In this document: positions 25,761 through 38,000 of the stretch, piece after piece
How the letters are laid out: each line of letters opens with the position of its first letter
How positions within the stretch are numbered: position 1 is the stretch's first letter
Source: Octopus sinensis
Taxonomy: Eukaryota
Reading direction: 5' to 3'
NCBI RefSeq assembly: GCF_006345805.1
Contig: NW_021833274.1
Location: forward strand, 62,001-126,000
DNA length: 64,000 bases
Translations under genes and position numbers: made by a program
The notes under the pieces: generated by a model
Databases searched by the model: none
The model's input: only the letters and a program-made list of their open reading frames with translations
Told to the model about the DNA's origin: nothing

Positions 25761-26936
25761 GCGTAGACGATGCGAGGGATGAAGAGCATAGAGTTATATC
25801 GGGTGACGTAGGTTTGTCAGTCACTCTGAGTGGAGTCCTTGTGTTCCTCGATGGGTCGTTCAGGATTATAAATTTAAAGATTATAATTTTTTTCCTTATA
25901 AACATGAACTTTTTTCACATCTAATTAGTATCATCAGGGCTTGCATAAGCACAGTTTTATAGCTTGTTAATTAGACCCGCCCTGAATTTTTGAATTATAC
26001 ATCTGAATAAAATATAAATTGTTTTTTACTATATCAATTAAAATTAATTTTAAAATCAACGTTACAGCCCTATTAAAGATGGGGAGCAAAATATGATACT
26101 TCTTGTTAATATTGAGTATAAATATAATATATTTATTTTTCAAAGTTGGTTCATGTGAGTGAGCAGAGGGAATTCATGTTACATTTACATTTATAAGTCA
26201 GGTTTTCAATGTGTTGGCGAAATCATATGGAGAAATTATTGGTTATCCCGAATATTTAATTTTTTGGTGTGGGAGATTTGAATTTTGTTGGGTGTAATTG
26301 TCGAAATGAAGTTTTGTTCTCGTATATGATTTGTTAGAAGAGTGGCTGAGATTTAGTTGGTGATAGAGATAGGCCGTTTAGAGTATCCAGTTGTACATAG
26401 TATCAATGAATGGTTGAACATGATGACATGCCGTATTTGCCCGTGTTTTAATGATGTGATCGTAATATCATCTGCGTATAAGTACAGATATATATTTTCG
26501 GGTGGCATAGGAATGGCTATTCGTTAAAAAGCAATAGGTCTGGTAGATTGAATTCACTGGTCTTCAATTCCTTGTTCAAATATCTGATGCGGGTAATTAT
26601 GTCGAAGGACATTCGGTTTGACTTCTGAGGCGATTTCTCTCCTTGGCCAGGTCGGATCTCCTTCGGCTACAAGCAGCGTGAGGTGGACGTTTAGGTATAG
26701 CCATTGCTTCCAGAATGATCTTCGAGAAGAAGCTAATCCCCTTGTCGAGAGAGCTACAGTTGCACAGATTGCAATTCTTTAGCCTCGTGGTCAATATCTT
26801 TTGGAACCATGGGCAGTTGGCCGCTTTGTAATTGTATGGAATGGGAACTTTCCTGCTGACAACTTCTCTTTTGATCTTCACCGCTATCGGGTTGTGGTCG
26901 CTTCTCGTTTTATAGAGGAATGACCACTGCATAGAC
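25761..26936 (-). mobile_element. Two fragments of an APE-type LINE (25761-25880 and about 26200-26936)
   Basis: ILNDPSRNTR...SPDITLCSSSLASS (APE); QWSFLYKTRSDHNPI...YNYKAAN; LYADDITI (RT) at about 26460-26485. Confidence 0.75.
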
Positions 26937-27610
26937 CAGCTATTCTCAACCTTTTTTTGTTCATCGCGCCCCTTGTCCACATAAAATTTAAAAATTTTGT
27001 GCATTGTCCCTTAATTGGTTGTTTTTTTTTTGTATATAACTCAAAAATCAATAATAAAACACTAAATCAAATTAAAAATTGAATTTTTATTAAAATTATT
27101 AGTGAGTAACACACTTCCAATATGTCATAATATTGATAATATGTCATAATATTGTTTTGACTAAAATATTTACTTATCTCAGGTAGTTGTGAAATGTTTC
27201 CAAACTGATTTATAGAAAAATTATGTCGATAAAGCAATAATTTTCTTGCAAATATTTTCATTATTCTTTTTCAATCAATCATGTTGACAAAATTTACTTT
27301 GAATAAACCCATATTTTAAATATTCGTTTTGATGATGACGACTTTTCTAATTTGAGCCTGAAGACATCTTAGATATCAAACAAAAATGTAAAACAGCGTG
27401 TTATTTAGAATATAAAATGTAAAGATAAACACAATAGAAGAAATATTAATAAACTGAAACATTATTAAAATTAACAGTATAAATACTTGTATTATATTTA
27501 AATTCGAATATTTTATTAAATATATTATCGCCCCCTTTGACCTAATTATCGCCCCCCTGTACAAAATTTTCGCCCCTACGGGGAAATTTGCAATCATTGG
27601 GAGTTGTGGA
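26937..27610 (+). mobile_element. hAT-type MITE (right end degenerate)
   Basis: Left end cagctattctcaacctttttttg preceded by gcatagac; repeated atcgccccc subterminal motifs at 27520-27580. Confidence 0.6.
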
Positions 27611-28779
27611 TGATTAAAATAGGAGATAGATTAGTGGATTTTATTAAAGTGAAATAATTGGTAGTTTTCAGTTGGTAGACTTCCAGCAAAGACGCTGTTC
27701 AACCGATAGATTAGTTTCTTAAATGGGGGCTCCTTGCTTCCGGTTTTCTCGGTTTGGTCAGTATATTTAAGAACAGTGTGGATATCTGTGAGTCTGAGGC
27801 CACAAAAGTGAAGGGAGCCAATCTGGACACAAATACTTTCTAGTAATGCTAATAGCAGTTCGCAAACAGTATTTTGTCCGCAGCAAGAAGAAAATATGAT
27901 TTTCTGAATGATTTTGGCTTTCACTAGAGTTTAATAAATCACATTGAGGTTATTAAAATTGATTAGCCTGAGGAGAGAGACCAACCTCGCAAACAAGGTA
28001 ATTTGTTATTTAAACAAAAAAGACAAAATTCTTAATTATTGCTGAGGAAGATTAAAATTATTCCACAATTTTGCTACGATCATTGATCTGACTATTTTCT
28101 TCAATTTGTTAAGATATCTGTAGAAAGTATAAAAGTACAGAGTCAATTTTTAAGTTGATTAATGTCACGTTTCAACCAATATTAATTTAATATATTGGAC
28201 ATTCTATTAGTTCAATAATTCCATTCTTAATTTATACTTGTTGTTTCCTTCTAACGTCATTAAAAAAATCATTTTAACGAAAAAGATATTTTATTTCAGT
28301 CACTTAAATTCTCCATCTTTCTCTTGACACTGTACTCGATGTTCCATCTTAGCTTTAAATACAATTCTTGGATGTTTGGTTTAAGTTTGGTGGAAAAGGG
28401 TCATTGAATTGAAACTGGACTGCTTGATAATATATTTAAAAAAAATATTTGTATTTGAATATCCCTCTAGCTTTAGATTGACGTTGCTTTTTTAGTTATA
28501 TAATTTAAATCATGTATTAAAGTAATTTTTTTTATTATACAAAAATATTTAACACAATGAAGTCATTGTGTTAAAAACTAAAAATAAATAATTTGCCTTT
28601 CGATTCTTTAATTTTGGATAGTACAATTTGATCTGAATAATTAACTTCAAAATACACTGAACAACCAACAAAAAACTTAAATTCTACAAAATACAATTTA
28701 ATATTCTTCATATAGACTGATTGCAAAACATTCTAAAATCCGAAAATTGACACAAATGACTTTAAAGGTTATTATTTCA

Positions 28780-29170
28780 ATAAATAAAGAATTTATCGCC
28801 TGATTAGTCAAAAACGACTTTTATAGTAAAAGCCGATAATTTTTAGCTTCGATAGTTAGTTAATACACTTCGCGTTACCAATAAAAAGTGTTTATCGTTC
28901 GCTTGTGACATATTCTTAACTATTCTCGTCATTAATCTTTTCCATCCGTTTTTTTGTCTTGTTCTCATTCTGATTTCATCCTTCAATCGGCCCCCGATAA
29001 CAGCATAGTCCTCCCAAGTATCCCGGTCAGACATATTTTTAAACGTCCTATAAAAGTTGGATATTCATTTGGGAAAAATTTTCCACACGGAGGCATTACA
29101 AAAATGTTCCTACATTCATCCGTAAGATATGTCCAAAGAGGCGCCAACGAGCTTCAAGAACATCCAGACT
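28780..29170 (-). mobile_element. 3' fragment of an RTEX/Proto2-like element just downstream of FCF1
   Basis: EARWRLFGHILRMN at about 29095-29155 is the same motif as in the 5663-6098 element. Confidence 0.7.
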
Positions 29171-29225
29171 TATAGGTTAGCTTTGTTAATGAAACAAGAT
29201 TACAAAATAATTTATTTAAAAAAAA

Positions 29226-30004
29226 TCAGGACTTCCTTAACGTACACTCATCAGGCATCCGTTCGACATAATACCTACAGTCTACAAAACAGTCAACTTG
29301 TGATTGGATATATACAAAATGGGGACTCCCGGTACTTTCCTGATCCTCCTTTTCAGATCCCGATCACAGGTGGCCACAATGTAGCATTTGTGCTTAAAAA
29401 TAAATCGACCCACTGGGAACCTCGGTGACGCGTTTGACAATGCAGTCGTCGCTATACGTCCCCTTATGAATACAATTTAATCGACGAAAATTGCTTTCCT
29501 TCACAATCCTACGAAAATATACACAAAAGACACTTTAATGCTACTCTGAATTTCTTTCCAAGTTTTTCCAACTCTCCGATCACACAATCAGTGATATATG
29601 CCGTGCCTATAATCAACAAATGGCGGGAACTTACATTTGGCAGTAAGACATGTCATCAGATTCTCAACAATGTCCAATTTGTTACGAATTGATATGTTTA
29701 TGAAGTTTGTGTCGAGAATAACATGATAGGGAGGACCAAGCTGAGTGTTGTAGCTCAGGAACATGGAGGATGATATTTTGTTTCTGAAATATTGAGGAAA
29801 AAGCACAACATGTGTTTCACGGTGATTTGGTGGCCTTCGTCTGGCTTAGGCTTGGGTTTGACGGGAGGACGATTTTCTTCTTTTCTAAGAAAATGTAAGT
29901 TTAATTATACATTCTACTGTCGTTTAAATTAATTAGACGTTTTTTGGTTGCAAATCTCTTTGTTTTTTTAATTCGAGTCTAAATATGAAATAAACCAGTA
30001 CCAT
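29226..30004 (-). CDS. FCF1: rRNA-processing PIN nuclease FCF1/Utp24, 8 exons, 199 aa
   Basis: Exons 30004-30002, 29978-29911, 29884-29810, 29783-29635, 29606-29534, 29508-29421, 29392-29298 and 29274-29226; all introns GT-AG. Protein includes [71 protein letters not shown] and ERMPD. Confidence 0.97.
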
Positions 30005-30349
30005 CACGTGATACCAAGCGTTTCTTATATTTTATCCAAAATTAATTAATATAAATTAACTGACTAAACTCATATTATTAATAGAAAGTTCAATTTACTA
30101 AAAATTTAAAAAAAACTTTACATTAACTCTATCTTAGTTTCATTTCGTAATTCGATCAAAATGTTAGGAAAGACTATTAACCAATAATCTGTTATTGGAC
30201 ATTATATTGTTTACTTTTCCATTTTCTTCATATCCAAATTCAAATCTGTGTAGCTTTAATGACGGATTCGTCTCATAACCTTCATCGTTGACAGTATAAC
30301 CTACATGATTTGACATTCAATTAATAATGAAAATAATTTATTATAAAAA

Positions 30350-31353
30350 GGGTTGGCTTCATTCACGAATGTATCCCAAAGGAAGGCTGCCATCCTTGCT
30401 GCTGAAAATCTCGTCAATTCAGAGACTCCCTTTGATCAAACCTCCCATAACGCGCTTCCTGCCGCGAATGATGGCGACTATCTCTACAGGAAGATAAACA
30501 GCAAACTCATAGATGGGGATGTTCGAGGAGCTGTCAGGCTTCTCGCCTCGACGAGTTCCATCTTATCCCCGACACCCGCCGTTCTGAATTCTGTCAGGAA
30601 GAAATATCCCTTCCAGCCCCTCGACTTCAGGCCTCAGCCGTCTCCTCCCACACTTGCTGTCAATCCCTTTTTGGTTTCGGAAGACCTCGTACTGAAAGAC
30701 CTGAGGAACTTTTCCCCAAGAAGCAGCGGTGAATAGATGGCCTGAAGCCCAGTCATCTAAAAGATCTGACTTCCCCTTCACCGCTGAAGCTGGACGGAGA
30801 TTACTACGTATAATTACCAACCTGTGAAACTGTTTTATTTCCGGTTCTCTTTTTGATTTTGCACGCGGGATCTTCTTTTCTGGTAACCTTATTGCCTTCT
30901 GGAAAAAGGACAACCGTATGAGACCTATCGCCGTGAGGAATGTTTTCTGGAGGCTCTTTGCTAAGTTTCTGTGTCAACCCATTGTCGACTGCTTGTTTTC
31001 GGAGTTTCTACCTGCCCAACTCGGAGTCGGTGTCAAAAATGGCTGCTAAGCGGCTGTTTAGTGAACTAATAGAATCGTCCTCGAAGTTTATCATGGTTAA
31101 ACTAGACGTTTTGAACGCCTTTAATTCCATCAGACGTAATCACCTGCTAGAGCGCTGCCGCGAAATGCTTCGTTTTACATATCCTCTCGTGCATGTCTCA
31201 TATACTTCTCCAAGCATCCTTATGTTTGACAATGTTCCTGTCTCTTCGTCCACCGGGGTCAAGCAGAGTAATCCCTGGGCCCGTGGCTTTTTGCTCTGAA
31301 CGTTAATAGTATCGCCCACTCTGTCTGATTTTTTATTAACATTTGGTACCTGG
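30350..31353 (+). mobile_element. CRE-clade retrotransposon RT fragment
   Basis: KINSKLIDGDVRGAVRLL, S.G.DGL.P.HLKD, RPIAV...RL.AK, KLDVLNAFNSI.R and Q..P, ending at WYL; frameshifted. Confidence 0.85.
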
Positions 31354-31452
31354 TAGTATTAAAGAATTTGTTAGTTTTCTTAATAAAAAGAAAGTATTAC
31401 GTAAAAGTCTCGATTAGTAAAAAGATGTTAGTTTATTGTTAATTAAACAGTT

Positions 31453-31911
31453 TTACGGAAGTAAAACATTTTCAATGACATTTCCATCTAAATTCCTAAC
31501 AGGTTCATCTCGTATTTTAGGAAAATCTTCATTAGGGTTTTTGTAAGATTTTCCGGGAATGTTTAAATCACGTTCATTTTTATATTTTGGAGAAAACGGC
31601 AAATTTTGACCAAATCGGTCCATTTCAGGAAAATTCATATTTCTATTTTTCTGTGGTCTATTATGAAATCTTTGTCTTGATCTAGTATTTTCCAGATAAC
31701 CTCCAAATTTTCTGTCGAAATATTCTTTACGACTTTTGAGATAATTTAAATATGAATAAAAATCTGGGTAATGTTCGGCAAGCTCAGACTCAGATTCAAA
31801 CAATTCATGTTGAAGTGGATTTTCAAATCCTTCATTAAAATCAATTTCCGGTTTATAGAATCCGTGTATTTTTAAACTTAGTAGTATTACAGAAAATAAA
31901 AATTTGTTCAT
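31453..31911 (-). CDS. Orphan putative secreted protein, one 55-aa repeat unit (152 aa)
   Basis: Intronless ORF with signal-peptide-like MNKFLFSVILLSLKIHG; close paralog at 38314-38928 with the frame preserved in both. Confidence 0.75.
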   Translation of the reverse strand: MNKFLFSVILLSLKIHGFYKPEIDFNEGFENPLQHELFESESELAEHYPDFYSYLNYLKSRKEYFDRKFGGYLENTRSRQRFHNRPQKNRNMNFPEMDRFGQNLPFSPKYKNERDLNIPGKSYKNPNEDFPKIRDEPVRNLDGNVIENVLLP

Positions 31912-32095
31912 TGTTCAAAGTTTTATCAAGCTCTTTATATAGTATCTTTGACGTCGTTAATACGCAATGGTATATTTATTTACAGAAGTAAATCCAGATT
32001 TTGCTGATATTATGGTTATTTTTATCAAGCTAAATTGCAAAACATAAAAATAGTAATTAAATTACTCTTTTGAAAAATAGCAGACTTTTTAGATA

Positions 32096-33358
32096 CAGTA
32101 AAACCTCTCTAATCCGCCGATTTTTTGGTCGGTCCCAAAATCGGCGGATTCGAGAAATCGGCGGATTCGAGAGGCAATTTAAATAAAATTTTATAGTTAA
32201 AACATGAACTTATAATATAGATTAAATATTTCTTTTTATATACAAATGACTGAATACACAAATTATTTATATTCAAATTATCAGAAATTTTATAACATTT
32301 CCTCAATTCGCATAATATTTTAGAGATCATCTATCTATTGCAAGTAGAATTTTTCTTTTTTGCTTCGCAAGTTCACAATCAAAATAACTGAGCCACTTGT
32401 TAAAAATTTCAGGGTTCATCCATGTCTTATTGGAATGGGTGTAGGCAACATATTTTCCAATGTTGAAATTTTTAAAACATCTTGGACTTTTAAATCTTCC
32501 TATCATTACAGGCCTTCTTTTATCGGAACCAGAACAATTTGCGCATAATAGTAAAGAAAATCGATCCTTCAATAACTTTATTCCAGGCCTTGATTTAGTG
32601 CACACATGTTTAGAAGAAATCGCCTTGTAAAAAACACCACTTTCATCTGAATTATAGACATTGTCCAATCCATATTGTTTAGTTTTTAAACTGATTGTTT
32701 CATTAAAATCAGCAATATATTTTTCATCATGATTTACTGATCCAGTGTCTCCATGAAATTTTCTGACTTGATGCCATTTCGTAATTTAAACTTTTCTAGC
32801 CACCCACGACTTGCTTTAAATTCTGGAAAATTTTTTTCAAAATTTAAGAGCTTTTGCAATTAACATCGAATCTGATAGAATTGCTCCACTAGATTCCATT
32901 AAGTCAATCCATGTTATCATCGCTACATCAATTTCATTAAATTTGAGTTTTGGAATTCTCATTATGTTTAATTTTTTGATATCAGTCCTATTCAAAAAGT
33001 CCGATTTTGATTTAAGGTCGTTTATAGTTTTCGGAAAAATTTTCTTTTTTAATCGTGAAAAAAAATCCTGGAAATTTGAGGTGCAGAAACAAATGGGTTG
33101 TCAGAAATATAACGTAGTATAGAAATTTTTTCGTTGATAGAAAGTCTAACACAACGACGCATTACAAAAATACAATTTAACGTGTAATGAAAATTTTAAA
33201 ATGTTAATAAAAAATTATTTTTCATAATACTTGAGGAGCGGATTCGAGAAACAAGCGGATTCAAGAATCATTCATAAGAAATATCAAATTTTTGATTAAA
33301 ACAAGCGGATTCGAGAAGCGACGGATTCGAGAAGCAGCGGATTCGAGAGGTTTCACTG
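32096..33358 (-). mobile_element. Tigger/pogo element (partial transposase)
   Basis: TIRs cagtaaaacctctctaatccgc / gcggattcgagaggtttcactg, TA TSD, motifs VYNSDESG.FYK...KDRFSLLLCAN..G...WMNPEIF..WL. The site is empty in paralog B (ttttaga-ta-ttttatt at about 39103-39118). Confidence 0.93.
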
Positions 33359-33660
33359 TATTTTATTTTTTGCGAGTTTGTTCGTCCAAAAGTCATGGAA
33401 GCAAAAAAGACGATTTTTTATCTTATCCTTACTTAAAAATTAACGTGTTAGGTAGTGCAGTTAAAAATACTTTGAAATTTAGGCTCTATTTATATTTATC
33501 AAATTAATAAAATGTCTCTAAAAAGTGTCTTGGTCAAGTTTAAGCTTGATCTTAAATAGACCATTAGTAACAAATTATAAATAATTTTTTATTTACAACA
33601 GTTATGATATCCGATAGTTTTTAATTACGATAAGATGAAATTAATATAATTTACGTAAAA

Positions 33661-33921
33661 GGAGAAATCGTCAAAAAAAATCTAGCTATTATGTACTGGC
33701 TCGCAGGATTGAAAGACAATTCCCGCGTAAAACAGCCAGCGAGATCCTCTGAATAAGGAATATAAATTCCCTCGGATCTCTGGAGCCGTAGGTGCACAGG
33801 CGGCCAAGTTTTTTGAGATGAGCAAGCCCCAAAAACACAGGAAGTTTCGACGGCAATTGCCCAAAAGCAAAATCGATCGAGTAAATCCTCATATTTCGTT
33901 AGTTTTACGAATTCGGCCTTC
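33661..33921 (-). mobile_element. Short 3' fragment of a CRE-like element
   Basis: AVET...LKKLG...RDPRE..FLIQRISLAVLRGNC; flanked by (t)ttacgtaaa at 33650-33659 and 33922-33930. Confidence 0.85.
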
Positions 33922-35099
33922 TTACGTAAAGAAATTTAATTAAAATCTAAAATTACATTTATAATTTATTAAATTTGCTTTTTACAATTTATTGAATATT
34001 TTGTATAAATAGTACAATTTTTAGTAAAAAATAAAATTTTACATTATTATTTTATCTACAAATCACCAGGTTAGAATGACAAAAAACTCCCCAACTGACT
34101 AACTTTAGCACTGTTCAATTATTTATTACTTTGGAGAAAACATAGGCTTTAGGTCTAAGCTAAACTCACTGAAATTAAGATAAAACAAAGCGATCGAAAG
34201 GTTCATAGACCAAACGATCAGTTTTAAGAGACAGAAATTTAAATGTAAAAATAAGAACTTTACAATTCCCGCATCTTTATTAGAAAATATACAGGAAACA
34301 ATTCGAATTTTATTTAGCTCTTTTCTCCAATCTTTTTCTCTTTCAACTTTATCTAAAAGCAACTGACCATAGATGATGATCATTAAGTATTCTAGTAACC
34401 GTTTGAGCTCGTGCGACAAAATAGGAGGAGACATTTCAAACCATTTAGAAATTGTTTTTACTTGAGAAGACATCATGAATTTTTAGAAATGAGTTTTCAT
34501 ATCTTTCTAACAATTATTGCTCAACTTGTAGTTTCAGGATATAATTTATTTGATCTTGACACTCGGGTAAGGTGAGGAGTTTTGCCATCTTTCAAAAATT
34601 CTCTTTTCTAAGAAATAAATACTTTTGAAAAATTTATTAAAAATATGAAATTATACCAATTAACAGCTGCATGCTCCTATACAATTACTTAAACAAACCA
34701 CAGCAATCGAGATCAACAAAATATTTATTTATGTTATTTATTAAAAAATATTTTACGCTATATTTTTTGCTAATTCGATTGAATAAGAATTTTTTGTTCT
34801 ACAATTACGTGTTAATTACGAAATATTTTATATATATGTAAAGAAAAAATCAAAATATGTAAATATCGTTATCGCATTATTATTTATTATTTTTATTAAT
34901 TTATGATATTTTACTACGATTTTGGTATAAATATAATTATTTCACATAATAAACAAAACAAAAACATTTAACAAATTCATAAATTATTAAAAAACACATT
35001 TTTCACATAAATCATATTGCAAAACCTTAATTTCAAATAACGAATTTTTATCCTTTTCAAAATTCCACAAAAAACTATATTTATTATCCTTCTCCTTGC

Positions 35100-36200
35100 A
35101 AGAACCATAAACACACGGTGGATCTTCAAAAAAACAGCATGCACACAGAAACTAATGACTAAACCAAGGCTTTCAAAGTCCACCAAATAAGCCGAGATCT
35201 CCAGGCTTCTTTCAGTACTGAAACAGTAATTTGCTGTCCTCAACTACCACAGCACCCTCATTCTTCAAATTGAATAAACGCACTCCCAAAAACAATTTAA
35301 AATCCGACTCCGCCTACGTGACTATTGGTTGTAGCCTGAAAATTAATAAATATCCCACCATTTCCACTTCTATCCATATTGACTCTCTTCTAAAACTCTT
35401 TTGATGAAGTTGCAAACTCAATAGGGGTACTTAAATCTGAAAATATAACTACACATTTCTAAAAAGCATTGTGGGACAGGCTCGGAAGACCCTCTACAGC
35501 ATATATGTGAGGACTGTGACCTATCAGTATGGATATTGATTTGGAAAATGTTATATCAAGTAAATAATTTTGTGCATCTTCAAAAGTAGCTGTGGCGTAT
35601 AAAATATGAGCTTCAGTTATTCCGCTAAATCTGTTGTAATTAATTTAAAACACCAAAACGTTGTATTGTTATCAATGACTGTATTTTTTGGTTTTACAAA
35701 AGAGTCATAAACAATTTTATTAGTATGATAAACAACACTAAGTCTTGCTAACTCAATTCCAATAGTTGTGTAAACCTTTAGATAAATTAAACTAAAAAAA
35801 GCCATTCTGCAATCCAAGGAATAAATTCCATGCAGATTAAAACCATCAGAACAATCACGAGTCTTAAGCTAATTCTTGTTACATCTTAAATTTATTTTGT
35901 GAAGATGTTTCTAAACGTAAGTACAAAAAAACATTTGCAGAGCAACTGCATACCACCACAACAAGGAAGATATTGCATAGAATGATATTTACATTGGTCA
36001 CTATCAAAGTTTGTATTATAATGTGTTGAAATTTCAAATGACTCACCGCATCTATAGCATTTTGTGACATTATCATCTGGAAATATTTTTAATAAAAAAC
36101 ATTCTAAAATCTCCATAGAACTCTTGAAAATCGCAACCCTTGTAGGTGAAACATATGTTGGAAAATCGTTTTCATAGCAATCTTGCGAGGTAAGTTTTTT
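35100..36200 (-). pseudogene. REXO1: REXO1/Rex1-type DEDDh RNA exonuclease, micro-intron-split and apparently decayed
   Basis: ENDFP..., KCYRCG...CKYH...CC, LDCRM|VYTTIGIELARLSVV...VYDSFVKP...NNT|FSGITE...ILIGHS. The catalytic DCEM glutamate is replaced (DCRM); frames break and the sequence after IGHS is disordered. Confidence 0.68.
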
Positions 36201-37209
36201 AATATTCGCGGTGCAGCCAGTGGCGAATCATAATAGTTTTCCCCTTTTATACTTTGAAATAATAAACTTAATAACTAATAATGAAATTATTCCAGATTCC
36301 AAAATAAAACTGTAAGTTAGAAAATTAAAGACAGCTTATCAAAAATATGAGCATAAGTTAGAATAATAGAGTAAGCATAAAAGTATGTGTATCATTCAAC
36401 GGCAGCACTAGTCGCATTCTAATGACATTTCCATCTAATACATCTTTCGTTTTCATGAACGTGCATGCAGACTATCACATATAATAAGGTTAGGTTAAAA
36501 ACTCGGGAATTAATTGACCATGCCCAAATTATTTACTCCAAACATCCTGGTACTTAAAAAAGTGGCGGTGTGTATTTCAGAAAATCTTTGTGTCTAGATT
36601 TGGATGAACATATCAAGCAATATTTTTGCCTATTTTGGGGTATCCATAGTCATTGGTTTGGAAAATTGTTTCTGAAAGGCTCCATACTGAAAACATTATT
36701 TTTTGAAAATAATATTCAGATAAAGCAGATCGGCCACGGCAGTAGTACCTTCCATAGTCATAAATGAGTTACTCCACTTTTGGAATAAATTCATTAGTAA
36801 AAGCGATGATACGTGTCACACCTCCAACAATGACCCACCGAGATCACTACGATTGATAAAGTGAGTGAAATTTCCGTTGTTTTTTGCGTCGATAATGAAT
36901 GGACTGGCTTTCGGTCCAACCCTATCTCCGAAACACAATCATTAAACTGTATTTTTCCACCGAAACACAATCATTATAACATTTCTCCACAAAAAAATCT
37001 TATGCAATTATTTGTTTTCACGGATGTGGCATCGTATTTTGTGACTCAAACTGGCCAATAACATAATTTCTTTTCTATTCTTCAAAATCCGTGAAACTTG
37101 GGACTAATAACAGTTGAATCATGCAGATAGAGCTGCCTGAGTTTGACCTCCTTGAATAAACAAATCGATTTGAGAGAAAAAAAGATCTTGACGTAGAAAG
37201 ATGACATGT

Positions 37210-37282
37210 GGGTCCCTTGGCTGAAGCTTAACCTATGGATAATGGATCTGGACAGTCGTGGGTTCGATTCCGAAGAAGGCTA
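37210..37282 (+). other. tRNA-like Pol III promoter (possible SINE head or tRNA pseudogene)
   Basis: Consensus B-box GGTTCGATTCC at 37261-37271 and an A-box-like tggctgaagct at 37218-37228 at tRNA spacing; the stems do not close, so it is not a functional tRNA. Confidence 0.35.
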
Positions 37283-37299
37283 GGTAAGGCCTATTGCTG

Positions 37300-38000
37300 T
37301 AAGTAACGTCTTTGGGAGATTCAGCCAAAATAATGTCATATAGGATGGTTTTGACTTTGAGTTTAGAGTTCTTCCTTTTTCATTATGGCGTCTGTTTTAA
37401 AAATGCAGACAAAAATCTTATGGACAGGACTCGCCAGCTTGCCCACTCAAAGCCCGAAAATTCAAGTTTATTGTTATGTTAGACGTTACTAATGCTTTCA
37501 ACTGTGTTCGACAAGACCATTTGCTCCAAGTAGTCTCTATACGGTGCCCAGACCTCTTACCAATTGTAAAATTGGCGTATTCCTCCAAAAGTCGTTTTTG
37601 ATTTATGACCAAATTATCATGTCTAAATGCAAAGTGACCCACTGGACCCATTGCTGTTTGCCATTTCTGTTGACCATATTGCACACAACCTTTCGTTTAA
37701 TGTTAATTTCTGGTATTTTGATGACGTAACGATTGAAAGACCCAGAGAGGCCGTTATGTAAAACGTTAACAGAATCACTTCTGGTTTCTCTAAGATGGGA
37801 TTATCTTTTAACGACGGCATATTCGAACTCGTAAATATTTCACTTGCCCCTGCCGTTCTCTTACACATTCTCTTCTCTCTGACCTGATCGATGAGTTAAG
37901 GCTTACACTTTGCAGCGATCTGGTTATTTTGAACTTGCCAATTTCCGACCATAGCATAGTAAAAAATTTTTTTTTCACTCTTGAGCCAGGCAGTCTTCCC
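37300..38000 (+). mobile_element. Degraded CRE-clade RT fragment (different subfamily from 30350-31353)
   Basis: LDVTNAFNCVRQDHLL, broken QGDPLGP.LFC and FWYFDDVTI. Confidence 0.75.

Larger units (their letters stand above)
31354..34105. repeat. Segmental duplication, copy A (pairs with 38201-40473)
   Basis: Collinear and highly similar in the same orientation over the gene, its upstream region and the aaaaaactccccaactgactaactt end; the copies differ by TE insertions. Confidence 0.93.
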
